From assembly GCA_047651235.1 (NCBI GenBank), contig CP178758.1:30001-62000 (forward strand): 32,000 nt of DNA, given 5' to 3'. Under the pieces are notes generated by a model. That model worked only from the letters and a program-made list of their open reading frames with translations. It was not told the origin of the DNA and ran no database searches. Source of the DNA: Candidatus Electrothrix yaqonensis. Its GTDB lineage: Bacteria; Desulfobacterota; Desulfobulbia; Desulfobulbales; Desulfobulbaceae. Below, piece after piece: positions 9,074-17,675 of the stretch (positions are counted from its first letter, which is position 1; every line of letters starts with the position of its first letter). The translations under genes and the position numbers were made by a program.

Positions 9074-10348
9074 ATGACACGACCGACTCTTTCCGCAATT
9101 CGGGCAATGGAGATTCTTGACTCACGCGGTTTTCCCACTGTGCGGGTCTTTGTTGAACTGACCGACGGAACAAGAGCATCGGCTTCGGTTCCGTCCGGCG
9201 CCAGCACCGGAGAAAACGAAGCTGTGGAACTGCGGGATAAGGATGCCTCCCGCTATGGCGGCAAAGGTGTGCTTCAGGCAGTGGCTAATGTCCAGGAAAT
9301 TATAGCGCCTGCACTGCTCGGTATGGATTCTGCTGAACAGGCCCTGATTGACCGGCAGATGATTGCCCTGGACGGCACCAAAAACAAGTCAAAACTGGGG
9401 GCCAATGCCATCCTCGGCGTCTCTATGGCTGTTGCCCAAGCAGCAGCTCAATCTGCCCGGCTACCTCTGTACCGATACCTTGGCGGAGCCGGAGCACGGC
9501 GGCTGCCGGTGCCCTGCATGAACATCGTTAACGGTGGTGAACATGCTGACAACAGCGTGGATTTTCAGGAGTTCATGGCCGTCCCTGTCGGTGCGCCCAA
9601 TTTTCGCGAGGGACTGCGCTATGTAGCGGAAACCTTCCATGTGCTCAAGGGCATCCTGAACAAACGCGGGTTGTCCACAGGGATTGGGGACGAAGGCGGT
9701 TTTGCTCCGAATTTCTCCAGTAACGAAGATGCCATAGAAACGATCCTGCAGGCCGTTGAACAGACGGGATACAGGCCCGGAGAGGACATTGCCGTCGCCT
9801 TGGACAGTGCAGCAAGCTCTTTTGCTTTGGAGCAAAACGGAGAGTACGATCTGCACCGTTCCGGGACCGGCAAAATGGACCGCAGCAGGCTCATTGAGCT
9901 GGCCGGTACGTGGATCGGGAAATACCCGATTATCTCCTGGGAAGACCCCCTGGCAGAGAATGACTGGGAGGGCTTCCGGCAGTTTACCGCCAAATACGGC
10001 GACAGGATTGAAGTAGTCGGCGATGATATTTTTGTCACCAATACTGAGTACATCACCAAAGGTATCAAAGAAGGCGCAGCCAATTCCGTTCTGATCAAGC
10101 TCAATCAGATCGGTACGGTGACCGAGACCATTGAGGCGGTCCGGATGTGCCGGGAAGCCGGATGGCGGTATTTTCTTTCCCACCGTTCCGGCGAGACCGA
10201 AGATACCTTTCTGGCGGATTTTTCCGTGGCGATGGACGGCGGACATCTGAAGAGCGGCTCTGCCAGCCGCAGCGAGCGCATGGCCAAGTACAACCGCCTG
10301 CTGGAGATCGAGCAGGAGCTTGGCGAAACCACGCTGTATTATTGGTGA
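9074..10348 (+). CDS. eno: enolase (phosphopyruvate hydratase)
   Basis: ILDSRGFPTVRVFVELTDG...SVPSGASTGENEAVELRD and the SHRSGETED motif are present, and RBS AAGGAGG lies upstream. Confidence 0.96.
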   Translation: MTRPTLSAIRAMEILDSRGFPTVRVFVELTDGTRASASVPSGASTGENEAVELRDKDASRYGGKGVLQAVANVQEIIAPALLGMDSAEQALIDRQMIALDGTKNKSKLGANAILGVSMAVAQAAAQSARLPLYRYLGGAGARRLPVPCMNIVNGGEHADNSVDFQEFMAVPVGAPNFREGLRYVAETFHVLKGILNKRGLSTGIGDEGGFAPNFSSNEDAIETILQAVEQTGYRPGEDIAVALDSAASSFALEQNGEYDLHRSGTGKMDRSRLIELAGTWIGKYPIISWEDPLAENDWEGFRQFTAKYGDRIEVVGDDIFVTNTEYITKGIKEGAANSVLIKLNQIGTVTETIEAVRMCREAGWRYFLSHRSGETEDTFLADFSVAMDGGHLKSGSASRSERMAKYNRLLEIEQELGETTLYYW

Positions 10349-10514
10349 GGCAGTCCCGGAAAAACGCGATAAAACCTGTCTGCCGCGCTTTTCAGTTTTA
10401 GAAGCGGTGTTTTTAAACCGGCAGGCAGACTCCCGCCTGTACTTTCACTTTCTGCTGCACAAATATTTCCAACCGGGAAGTCACAAGCTGTAACGTGCTA
10501 AATAGAGGTAATAT

Positions 10515-11018
10515 ATGAAAAGAAAGGCTATTGCGGTACTGACAGCCCTGTTGCTGCTGGCAGCATCTGCCAACTCAGCAGAACCTGAGCCGGTCTACTT
10601 CCTGCACATCACCGACAACACCCTGAAGATGGGCTGCGTCAGGGAGGTCAGGGAAGAAGGGAATGCAGCTCCCCGGTATAGCTATACCTGTCCGGATGAG
10701 CAGGGAAAGGTGCAGCCTGTTCAGCCCGATGAAGAATGGCGGCTGATGGAGACGAAAAAAGTCTGTTTTCTGGACAGAGTGCGGGACAGCATCCGCGTTT
10801 GTACGGAAATCGGCGACCCGCAGGAACCGTCGCGGATCAGCTATGCCTGCACTGTCGGCGACGGGCCTCCCAAACTGTTCGAGCCGACCAGGAAATGGGA
10901 AAAACTCCGTGAGGACGACAGCCGCTGCACTCCCCGTCCGCAGTCTTTTATTGTACCCGACGGTACTGTTATTCCGACTATCCCTGATGTAAGAGGAGAG
11001 AATGGAACAGGAAAATAA
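10515..11018 (+). CDS. hypothetical secreted protein
   Basis: It has a signal peptide MKRKAIAVLTALLLLAASANSA and paired Cys-containing repeats (YSYTCPDE / ISYACTVGD). I recognise no family. Confidence 0.7.
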   Translation: MKRKAIAVLTALLLLAASANSAEPEPVYFLHITDNTLKMGCVREVREEGNAAPRYSYTCPDEQGKVQPVQPDEEWRLMETKKVCFLDRVRDSIRVCTEIGDPQEPSRISYACTVGDGPPKLFEPTRKWEKLREDDSRCTPRPQSFIVPDGTVIPTIPDVRGENGTGK

Positions 11019-11664
11019 TGCGTTTCCTTTGGACCGCTTTATGGATATCGGCGCGGTGACAAGCATCGCCGTAGGGTTGGTGTATACTGCGGGATGGTAT
11101 TACACCTCCAATTATTTCGGCCGGTTTCACCTGAATGTGGAGGATATGGGGTTTCAGTATGATACGTTTCTCCGCTATGGTCTGGTCTCTCTGAAAGACA
11201 ATCTGTATGCTGCCGGTGCCGGTGCCGGCTCGGTTGTCTACTATTTTTTCATCCGGTATCTCTGGCAGCGGACAGGGCAGGGCAACAGTGCGGGCACCAG
11301 GAGAAAATGGCGGACCATCTGCAGGCTGGTCATTCTTACCAGCATCCCGCTCTTTCTTTTTTTTCTGTTTGTTACTGTTCAGCGGCGGGCCACCTGGACT
11401 GCCTGGTCGAATTTCGAGAAACAGATCAGCAATGATTTCCCCGCGTACCCCCGCGTGCGGGTCTATCTGAACGGGGACCCCACCCTGCAGACTGAGGAAT
11501 GGGCCGGAGGCTGCTACCGCCTGCTGCTGCGCAATCAGGAGTATCTCTATATCTTTCCGGCAGACGGATTCAGCGAGAAAATCCCGACAGAGGTTATTCC
11601 CAACAGCAGGGTGGATGCGCTGCGGGTGCTGCCGCTGTATCAGAGTTCGGAGGAGTGTCAGTAG
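11002..11664 (+). CDS. hypothetical integral membrane protein
   Basis: A 220 aa ORF overlapping the previous gene by 17 nt, with several hydrophobic segments. No motif recognised. Confidence 0.65.
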   Translation: MEQENNAFPLDRFMDIGAVTSIAVGLVYTAGWYYTSNYFGRFHLNVEDMGFQYDTFLRYGLVSLKDNLYAAGAGAGSVVYYFFIRYLWQRTGQGNSAGTRRKWRTICRLVILTSIPLFLFFLFVTVQRRATWTAWSNFEKQISNDFPAYPRVRVYLNGDPTLQTEEWAGGCYRLLLRNQEYLYIFPADGFSEKIPTEVIPNSRVDALRVLPLYQSSEECQ

Positions 11665-11785
11665 GCAGGGAGGAGATGCAGGAACCTAATCCGGAAAGCC
11701 TTTGAGCAAAAATCATAAAAGAGGGGAAATCGTGTGGGTGACGGGAACAGAGGTGAGTTGCCGCAGCAGAAAAGTTGTTGGCGGG

Positions 11786-11857
11786 CTAATGCTGCAAATA
11801 ACCGGTGCAAATGGAGCGCAGCGGAATTTGCATCCGAGTTAATTTGCCTTGTTAGCG
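11786..11857 (-). repeat. attC site 1 (distal end of the array; R' box degenerate, ATTAGC)
   Basis: On the plus strand: gctaatgctgcaaataaccggtgcaaatggagcgcagcggaatttgcatccgagttaatttgccttgttagc. It shares the central atggagcgcagcggaat with attC 2. Confidence 0.7.
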
Positions 11858-11858
11858 C

Positions 11859-13592
11859 TTACATTGTTTCTATTATGCCTCTGAGTTCATCCAGTTTATA
11901 ATCTGAAATTTCACCATTTTGGTGCTTCACGATAATATTTAGCGGCTTTAAATCTTTTCTTTTTGGTTTTTCGATTCCCAAAAATGATTCGAAGTCATTC
12001 TCAAAAGCATAGATTGTTTTGGTAAAAGCTGTTCTCTTTTGTTCAATAAAAGAATTGATTATTCCGTGTATACCTGCATCTTCATCCGAATCAAGCATGA
12101 CAGAATGTTGTATGCCTAAGGCAGTCATCAATGTGATGCATCGATGTATATTGAATTTTCCTAATGTATCAAACAGATACATATGTTTTTCTCTGAGGTC
12201 AGGCCAATATTCATCAAGCAAGTAGTCTATAAATACTTTTTCTGATGTGCCCTCGCAAATAATAACCTTCTTAGCAAAGAACATTGCGGCTCTTTCAGAA
12301 TCTAACCACAAAAAATACTTAACAGCCTCTTCCTCTAATTTCGATGAATGACATGGATCATCTTCGCCGAGCTTGTCCTTTCGTATTCTTTTTTTTATGC
12401 CCTCGTCAATGTCATCCGAATTCAAACAATCACAAAATTTATTATAAAGGCCAAGGTTTGCATCAATCACCTTTGAAAAAATTTTATCTGTTATTTGAAA
12501 AGTTTCTGTTTTTCCGTTGTTTTTAGAAAGTCGTATTATTCCCGACAATTGAGATGCTTGCTTGCTTACAAAATGGGGAGAGTGACTTGAAATTAAGACT
12601 TGCTCAGGGCCTTTAGATGCAAGGGACCTTAGGCTTAGGTGAAGAGAGTTCTGTTGAGCAGGATGGAGAAATGCCTCAGGTTCTTCGAATAATATTAGTG
12701 TGAAATCGGGGTCGAAGTCTTTTTTCTTACCTGCTGTTGTTGCAGCATACTTAGCAGATAATTTAATCAGAGTGAAAATTAAATGTCGCTGAAGGCCTTG
12801 ACCAAATGAAGCAAGATTAATTTGTTTCCCACCAAGCCCAACATCCTCGATATAATGCGACAGAAGGTTTTTAACAATATCCTCAGGCTTTATCGTATTG
12901 ACTGATACGCCAAACTTAATGTTCCATAAATTTATTTCTGAATTAATGTCGTCAATAAGTGAATCAATAGAAAAGCCATCTTTGGATGATTCGGTTTTAA
13001 AATCAGTATTAAATGTGTCAAAAGCCGTCTTCAATCCGCCGAATGTAGGGCTCTCAAGGACGGCCCGTTTCATAACGAAATTGACCATTTCTCGAAATGG
13101 TGATGGCCCGGAGAGCTTTAGTGTTTCATCTGTTTTGCTAACAGCTGGAATGAATATAACCTTCCCCAACTTTGCTTGAGACACATTTTTTGCACCATAA
13201 AACAGATTAATTGACAAAACACCAGATTCATAAGCGTATATATTGCTCTGGGAAGATTTAACCAGTTCTTTGTTTGATGATTGAAAATATTTTCTAACCC
13301 TTAAGATTTTGTCAGAGGATTTATACTCATCTTTTAAGCTATCTTGTTCATCTTCTGTTGTTTCAAAGGCTAATTCAATCCAACTTTCTTCATCATCAAC
13401 CTCAAACTTTGGGAAATCAGTGTCTTGCTTATACTTAAGTCCTCCATCTTCATAAAAGAGCCTAAGTGCGGTAATGATATTTGTCTTTCCAGCATTGTTT
13501 TCACCTACCAACATTGAATAGTCAGATAGCTGGCACTCCACATCTTTGATAGATCGAATGTTATGAATGACTAGTTTTTTAAGTTTCATCAC
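11859..13592 (-). CDS. OLD-family ATP-dependent endonuclease (ABC-type ATPase fused to Toprim), stand-alone
   Basis: Walker A GENNAGKTN, Walker B/signature LILFEEPEAFLHP, SSHSPHFV, and C-terminal Toprim motifs VIICEGTSEKVF and DSDED. 577 aa. It is the only ORF in its cassette and no UvrD-like partner is nearby. Confidence 0.85.
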   Translation of the reverse strand: MMKLKKLVIHNIRSIKDVECQLSDYSMLVGENNAGKTNIITALRLFYEDGGLKYKQDTDFPKFEVDDEESWIELAFETTEDEQDSLKDEYKSSDKILRVRKYFQSSNKELVKSSQSNIYAYESGVLSINLFYGAKNVSQAKLGKVIFIPAVSKTDETLKLSGPSPFREMVNFVMKRAVLESPTFGGLKTAFDTFNTDFKTESSKDGFSIDSLIDDINSEINLWNIKFGVSVNTIKPEDIVKNLLSHYIEDVGLGGKQINLASFGQGLQRHLIFTLIKLSAKYAATTAGKKKDFDPDFTLILFEEPEAFLHPAQQNSLHLSLRSLASKGPEQVLISSHSPHFVSKQASQLSGIIRLSKNNGKTETFQITDKIFSKVIDANLGLYNKFCDCLNSDDIDEGIKKRIRKDKLGEDDPCHSSKLEEEAVKYFLWLDSERAAMFFAKKVIICEGTSEKVFIDYLLDEYWPDLREKHMYLFDTLGKFNIHRCITLMTALGIQHSVMLDSDEDAGIHGIINSFIEQKRTAFTKTIYAFENDFESFLGIEKPKRKDLKPLNIIVKHQNGEISDYKLDELRGIIETM

Positions 13593-13607
13593 AGTTCCCT
13601 ATCAGGC

Positions 13608-13678
13608 GCTAACGACTGAACTCACTGGTTTTTATGGAGCGCAGCGGAATAAAAATCCAGTGCAGTGATTTGTTATGT
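13608..13678 (-). repeat. attC site 2
   Basis: GCTAAC(13608-13613) gactgaactcactggtttttat ggagcgcagcgga ataaaaatccagtgcagtgattt GTTATG(13672-13677). The arms are imperfectly paired with bulged bases. Confidence 0.8.
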
Positions 13679-13712
13679 GTTCTTTTTTTATTCAGCAGTA
13701 TTCGAATCAATA

Positions 13713-14402
13713 CTAAACTGCTAATGCATTAACCAATTTATCGAAATAAGATACCAAAACACTCTTTATTTCATTTACGCAATTAAGATACCTTTTCAAA
13801 GTTTCTTCATCCTGTCCATCCGGCCATGGATTTGTAACGTCTCCACTAAGCCCAAAAAACTCTTTGAATAAATAAACTCTCTCGTTTCTTTGAGGAAATT
13901 TCAACTCAAGCATTTTGAGAACATCTTGCGACATTACTATAATCAAATCTGCGTTTTCAAATATATCCTTTGTGATTTGTCTACACTTATGATTAGACAA
14001 TAAATCTTTACCATATACTGACTTGATGGCATATTTAGCTCCATATGAAACTTTCAAATCAGAACTGTCACTCACTGCCATAGCTTTAATTTCTAATTTA
14101 AGGTTAAGCCCTTTTTTATTAAGAAGTTGTTCTGTAATTACCTTAGCAATTGGATCTCTACAAGTTCCACCAGTGCTTAGGTAAACAAGAACTTTTGATT
14201 TTTTAATTTTTCTTATTAATCTCGATATACCACCCCATAACAAAAGAAAACATGTTGGAATCAAAAGCAGACTAATCTTTGTCAACCAATTAATGTTTTG
14301 GAATTTAGGAGACAGCTCAAGATATAAGATTCCTAATACCCAAATCAAAGCAGCAGCTATAAGTTTGCTAAATACTGGATCTTTCCAAATTTTCTTTATC
14401 AC
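13713..14402 (-). CDS. membrane-anchored LMW-PTP/ArsC-fold protein with substituted catalytic residues
   Basis: The probable GTG start at 14402 avoids overlap with attC 3; the ORF-track start 14444 lies inside the attC. There are two N-terminal hydrophobic helices. VLVYLSTGGTCRDP aligns to the LMW-PTP P-loop V-C-x-G-N-x-C-R-S-P with Ser in place of the nucleophilic Cys. HKCRQITKDIFENADLIIVM matches, and VTNPW replaces the DPY acid-loop motif. Confidence 0.65.
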   Translation of the reverse strand: MIKKIWKDPVFSKLIAAALIWVLGILYLELSPKFQNINWLTKISLLLIPTCFLLLWGGISRLIRKIKKSKVLVYLSTGGTCRDPIAKVITEQLLNKKGLNLKLEIKAMAVSDSSDLKVSYGAKYAIKSVYGKDLLSNHKCRQITKDIFENADLIIVMSQDVLKMLELKFPQRNERVYLFKEFFGLSGDVTNPWPDGQDEETLKRYLNCVNEIKSVLVSYFDKLVNALAV

Positions 14403-14418
14403 ATTGTTCTCTCTTACA

Positions 14419-14489
14419 CATAACGACCAAGCTGTGCGGCGCAAACGAAGCGCAGCGTAGTTTGCGTCCGAACGAGCGCCTTGTTAGCT
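14419..14489 (-). repeat. attC site 3
   Basis: CATAAC(14419-14424)...gcgcaaac gaagcgcagcgta gtttgcg...GTTAGC(14483-14488). The TAA stop of the 222 aa ORF lies inside the core. Confidence 0.8.
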
Positions 14490-15152
14490 CTTTTCTGAAT
14501 CTTCTTCATCTGAAATATATGAAACCAGCATTCTACCAAGTGTAGTAAGGCTAGTTGTTTTACCCCGTTCCTCTGTCAAGCCGAGCCTTAAAAGCGTTGC
14601 TTTATAACTATCTTGCAATGCGGCCCTTTCATGCTGCTCTTGAGGTGCCCCCATTGTTCTGCTTATAGGATTAAGTATTTCCGGGTGTTTCTCTACCCAT
14701 TCAGAATGAGGCCCCTTACCAAGTACTGGGTTTAATGAATAGTAAATCAGCCAAACAATCTCTGGATCGGTGAGTTCTCTATACAAGTTGATTAGCTTCC
14801 GAGCCTCTTCATATTTCATCTCTTTTGCTGATAATGATTTTGCTACCAATCTAGCCAACCGCTCTTTTCTTTCCTTAGAAACAGATCTCGATGCTTGAAC
14901 TATTCCTTCCTCAAATATGTCGAGTCCCTCTTCAGCTTTGAGATGTTCTTTAAAGGAGGAAAATCGCTCATCTAAGTGAGCCACATTATTCTCAAGAGTC
15001 TTTAGGAAACTGACAACTCGCTCGAACCGCAGATTTGGCACTACTGCATCTAGCGTTTCCCCCACTAACGTTCCAATAAATGGGAGCGCGCCTGCCGCCG
15101 CTTTCGCAACACTAACCAATCTGTCCCTAGAGTTTGTTTCAAGCTGCTTCAT
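14484..15152 (-). CDS. hypothetical protein (single-gene cassette)
   Basis: A 222 aa, mostly helical ORF with RBS AAGGGG upstream and its stop codon embedded in attC 3. The N-terminal LPFIGTLVGETLDAVVPNLRFERV faintly recalls Abi_alpha/DUF4393-type proteins. This is unverified. Confidence 0.7.
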   Translation of the reverse strand: MKQLETNSRDRLVSVAKAAAGALPFIGTLVGETLDAVVPNLRFERVVSFLKTLENNVAHLDERFSSFKEHLKAEEGLDIFEEGIVQASRSVSKERKERLARLVAKSLSAKEMKYEEARKLINLYRELTDPEIVWLIYYSLNPVLGKGPHSEWVEKHPEILNPISRTMGAPQEQHERAALQDSYKATLLRLGLTEERGKTTSLTTLGRMLVSYISDEEDSEKS

Positions 15153-15169
15153 CCGAACCCCTTTTTAGA

Positions 15170-15260
15170 GCTAACGCATCACATCACCGGCAGCAAAAGG
15201 CAGAGCGACGAGGAACGAGGAGCGGCGCTTTTTGCTGTCCGAGTGCATGTGTTTGTTAGC
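15170..15260 (-). repeat. attC site 4
   Basis: GCTAAC(15170-15175) gcatcacatcaccggcagcaaaagg ... cgctttttgctgtccgagtgcatgtgttt GTTAGC(15255-15260). Its arms are closely related to those of attC 5. Confidence 0.85.
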
Positions 15261-15270
15261 ATTTTTATTG

Positions 15271-17262
15271 TCATATATCACATTTTAGCGACTGCATTCT
15301 GACAAGCTTTCCCCAACGCTCCCCTAGCAATGATATGCCATAAAGTGATGGATTTACTTCAAGATACCGATCAATAAGTGTCCGTGTTTTTTCTGTTATC
15401 TTATTTGTGGCACCATTAGCAGTATTGATTAGATAATAATCAAAAGTTTCTTTATTCCTTAAAGGAATTATTGCAATGACTTTTTTTGCCTCGACCATGT
15501 CCGGTATGCCGTTCAACCTATATAATTTTCTGGTTTCATGTTCATACGACATTCCATATCTCTTTAATAAAGGCAATAAATGTTCTCGCTGGGAAAATAC
15601 TGAAGAGGCATAGCTTTCTAGCTTATGTGCGTCAATGGTAAGTTTCTTACTCCACTCTTCTGCATCACTGCTACTTATGCCAGATGATAAAGAATATTTG
15701 TGCCATATCGACAAACAGCCTTTAGTTGCGACATCTATTGAAACGCCATGTTTATCAGGATTATAGAATACTGGCGAGCCATATTCTAATAAGAAACTTC
15801 CTGTGCCAAACGAACCAATATGCTTTGAGTTATTAATTACAAAATCGTATGTCTCTTTAGCGTCTTCATGTGTTTCACCTGGAAAACCAAAGAAAGTAAA
15901 GCAGTTTATAAAAATCCCACTGTCAGCTGCGGCAATCAGATTCTTTTTTATCGTATCTTTTGATGGGAAATTGGTTTTATTCATCAACCCCAAGACGCGC
16001 TCGGATGCTGATTCTAAACCAACATACATTACCAGAAAGCCTTTTTCATACAAATTACTAAATATCTCTTTTGAAAAAGACTCTTCAAAACGCATGATTC
16101 CAGAAAACGACCAACCACTTTGCTTTTTAGTTGGAAAAACGCGACCAATATCGCGTAATAAACGAGGTGGCATGGCCTCGTCATTAAAGCAAAAGTTGCT
16201 TACTCTATATTTGTTACTCAGCCTTTCTATTCTTTCCAAAAGCTGTCTTGTTTTTACATAATTAAACTTTCCGCCATAAACTTCGCTGTGTGTACAAAAT
16301 TCACACTTACCCCAATAACAACCTCGATATGATAATATTGGAAGTGTAACTTCAGAAGTAAAATATTTTTCGAAATCTATATCAGAAAAATCTGGATCAA
16401 CATCTACGCTAATATTGCGATAATCGTGAGAAAATTCACCATTAAAAACAGTGTTTCCAGACTCCATAAAATAGATATTGGGAACATCTTCAGTAAGGGC
16501 CTTGCCAGCACAATTGTTATTTAAAATAGCAGAACAAGGAATTTCCCCCTCTCTTTTGACGACTATATCAAAATAGATAGTAAACCATCTTGAAGGAATA
16601 GACGTTCGATCAAGCAATCTATATAGCACCGTACCGCCAACAACCACAGTTTTTTTTGTATTCTCTTTTAGTGCTTTTCCCATCATTAAAGTCATCAACA
16701 ATTGACTATAGCCAACACATGAAATCCCGATTATTGATGCGTTATGGACGTCAGGACTATCAAGGAAGCTCTCCACAAACCGTTGAAGGAGGCTATTTTT
16801 CTTTGATAGAATTTTTTCTAATTCGTCAACATAAAATCCTGATTTTGAATGCATTTCCATGCCGAATGGCGAAATAGAAACCGGTTTGGTAAGTAATGAA
16901 ATTGTTTCCAGGTATGAAGTCAATATTCGCGTTGCAATATAGCTGTTCTGTAAATACTTGTTATTATCAGATTCTCCGCCCTTTAATAATTCATGAATCG
17001 AGGTTCTTATATGGCGTATATTAGATATAGTCGCTCTAATTGCTTCTTTTTTTTGACAGTCAAAGCCATGATTATCCTTTAGCTCTTCCAACAGAATGTT
17101 TGCCGCTTCATCTGATAGTAAATAGTGATAAAAGTCTATGTTTGCATCAATACAACCAACGCGGTAGCCTTCATTTCGTAACCAGCCTGCAAGTGTGGAA
17201 ATAGTTAGCGCGGGTTGAAATGGACTCCATTGTGGAGGGAAAATTAGCGTTATATCATGCAT
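15271..17262 (-). CDS. B12-binding-domain radical SAM enzyme (putative peptide-modifying enzyme)
   Basis: The N-terminal MHDITLIFPPQWSPFQPALTISTLAGWLRNEGYRV and VVVGG are typical of the cobalamin-binding Rossmann-like domain of class B radical SAM enzymes. The cluster motif is RGCYWGKCEFC. The start at 17262 is preferred because the hairpin at 17289-17326 overlaps the longer ORF-track start. Confidence 0.8.
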   Translation of the reverse strand: MHDITLIFPPQWSPFQPALTISTLAGWLRNEGYRVGCIDANIDFYHYLLSDEAANILLEELKDNHGFDCQKKEAIRATISNIRHIRTSIHELLKGGESDNNKYLQNSYIATRILTSYLETISLLTKPVSISPFGMEMHSKSGFYVDELEKILSKKNSLLQRFVESFLDSPDVHNASIIGISCVGYSQLLMTLMMGKALKENTKKTVVVGGTVLYRLLDRTSIPSRWFTIYFDIVVKREGEIPCSAILNNNCAGKALTEDVPNIYFMESGNTVFNGEFSHDYRNISVDVDPDFSDIDFEKYFTSEVTLPILSYRGCYWGKCEFCTHSEVYGGKFNYVKTRQLLERIERLSNKYRVSNFCFNDEAMPPRLLRDIGRVFPTKKQSGWSFSGIMRFEESFSKEIFSNLYEKGFLVMYVGLESASERVLGLMNKTNFPSKDTIKKNLIAAADSGIFINCFTFFGFPGETHEDAKETYDFVINNSKHIGSFGTGSFLLEYGSPVFYNPDKHGVSIDVATKGCLSIWHKYSLSSGISSSDAEEWSKKLTIDAHKLESYASSVFSQREHLLPLLKRYGMSYEHETRKLYRLNGIPDMVEAKKVIAIIPLRNKETFDYYLINTANGATNKITEKTRTLIDRYLEVNPSLYGISLLGERWGKLVRMQSLKCDI

Positions 17263-17271
17263 TCTTGTTTT

Positions 17272-17326
17272 CCAAACAAAGATAAATACCATGAGCATCT
17301 CGATCTTAATACCAAGACGCTCATGG
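17272..17326 (-). terminator. attenuator/terminator-like hairpin between the peptide genes and the radical SAM gene
   Basis: Minus-strand CCATGAGC(17326-17319), a 22 nt loop, GCTCATGG(17296-17289), followed by TATTTATCTTTGTTT. Confidence 0.45.
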
Positions 17327-17346
17327 TAAAGATGGCTATCTTCATT

Positions 17347-17505
17347 TTAGTTATTGTTATTGTTTTGATACGTATCCGTCATTCTTAGAACTGAGTTTGA
17401 GGCTGAAAGCACTTCAAGCATATCCTCTTCGGGTAATTCTCGAAGTTTCTCCACAATTTCTTTCTGAAATGCTAAGGACGCCGAATCGGGTTGCTCATTA
17501 TCCAT
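17347..17505 (-). CDS. putative RiPP precursor peptide 2 (52 aa)
   Basis: Not in the ORF track. RBS GGAGGA lies 6 nt upstream of the ATG at 17505. Sequence: MDNEQPDSASLAFQKEIVEKLRELPEEDMLEVLSASNSVLRMTDTYQNNNNN*. It is a paralogue of the adjacent peptide. Confidence 0.65.
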   Translation of the reverse strand: MDNEQPDSASLAFQKEIVEKLRELPEEDMLEVLSASNSVLRMTDTYQNNNNN

Positions 17506-17507
17506 AG

Positions 17508-17675
17508 CTAATCCTCCGCAACAATTGCCTTATTATTGTTGTTTTGGTATTCAACCGCCATTTTTAAAATGGAATTATTAGCTTGAAGTACTTCTAGCAT
17601 GTCCTCGTCACTGAGGGTTTTTAGTTTCGCTACGATCTCTTTGTTAAAAGCAGCAGCTTTTTCTTCATTAGACAT
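17508..17675 (-). CDS. putative RiPP precursor peptide 1 (55 aa)
   Basis: RBS AAGGAG lies upstream of the ATG at 17675. Sequence: MSNEEKAAAFNKEIVAKLKTLSDEDMLEVLQANNSILKMAVEYQNNNNKAIVAED*. It shares F-x-KEIV-x-KL..L..EDMLEVL...NS-x-L-x-M...YQNNNN with peptide 2. Confidence 0.7.
   Translation of the reverse strand: MSNEEKAAAFNKEIVAKLKTLSDEDMLEVLQANNSILKMAVEYQNNNNKAIVAED

Noticed and set aside
9461-10246. Minus-strand ORFs of 261 aa and 161 aa.
   Set aside because: They are entirely antisense to the confidently identified enolase gene, so they are shadow ORFs.
11859-13592. Calling the ATPase-Toprim protein GajA of a Gabija system.
   Set aside because: There is no GajB/UvrD-like helicase in the cassette or nearby. 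The gene is bounded on both sides by attC sites, so it is a stand-alone OLD-family protein.
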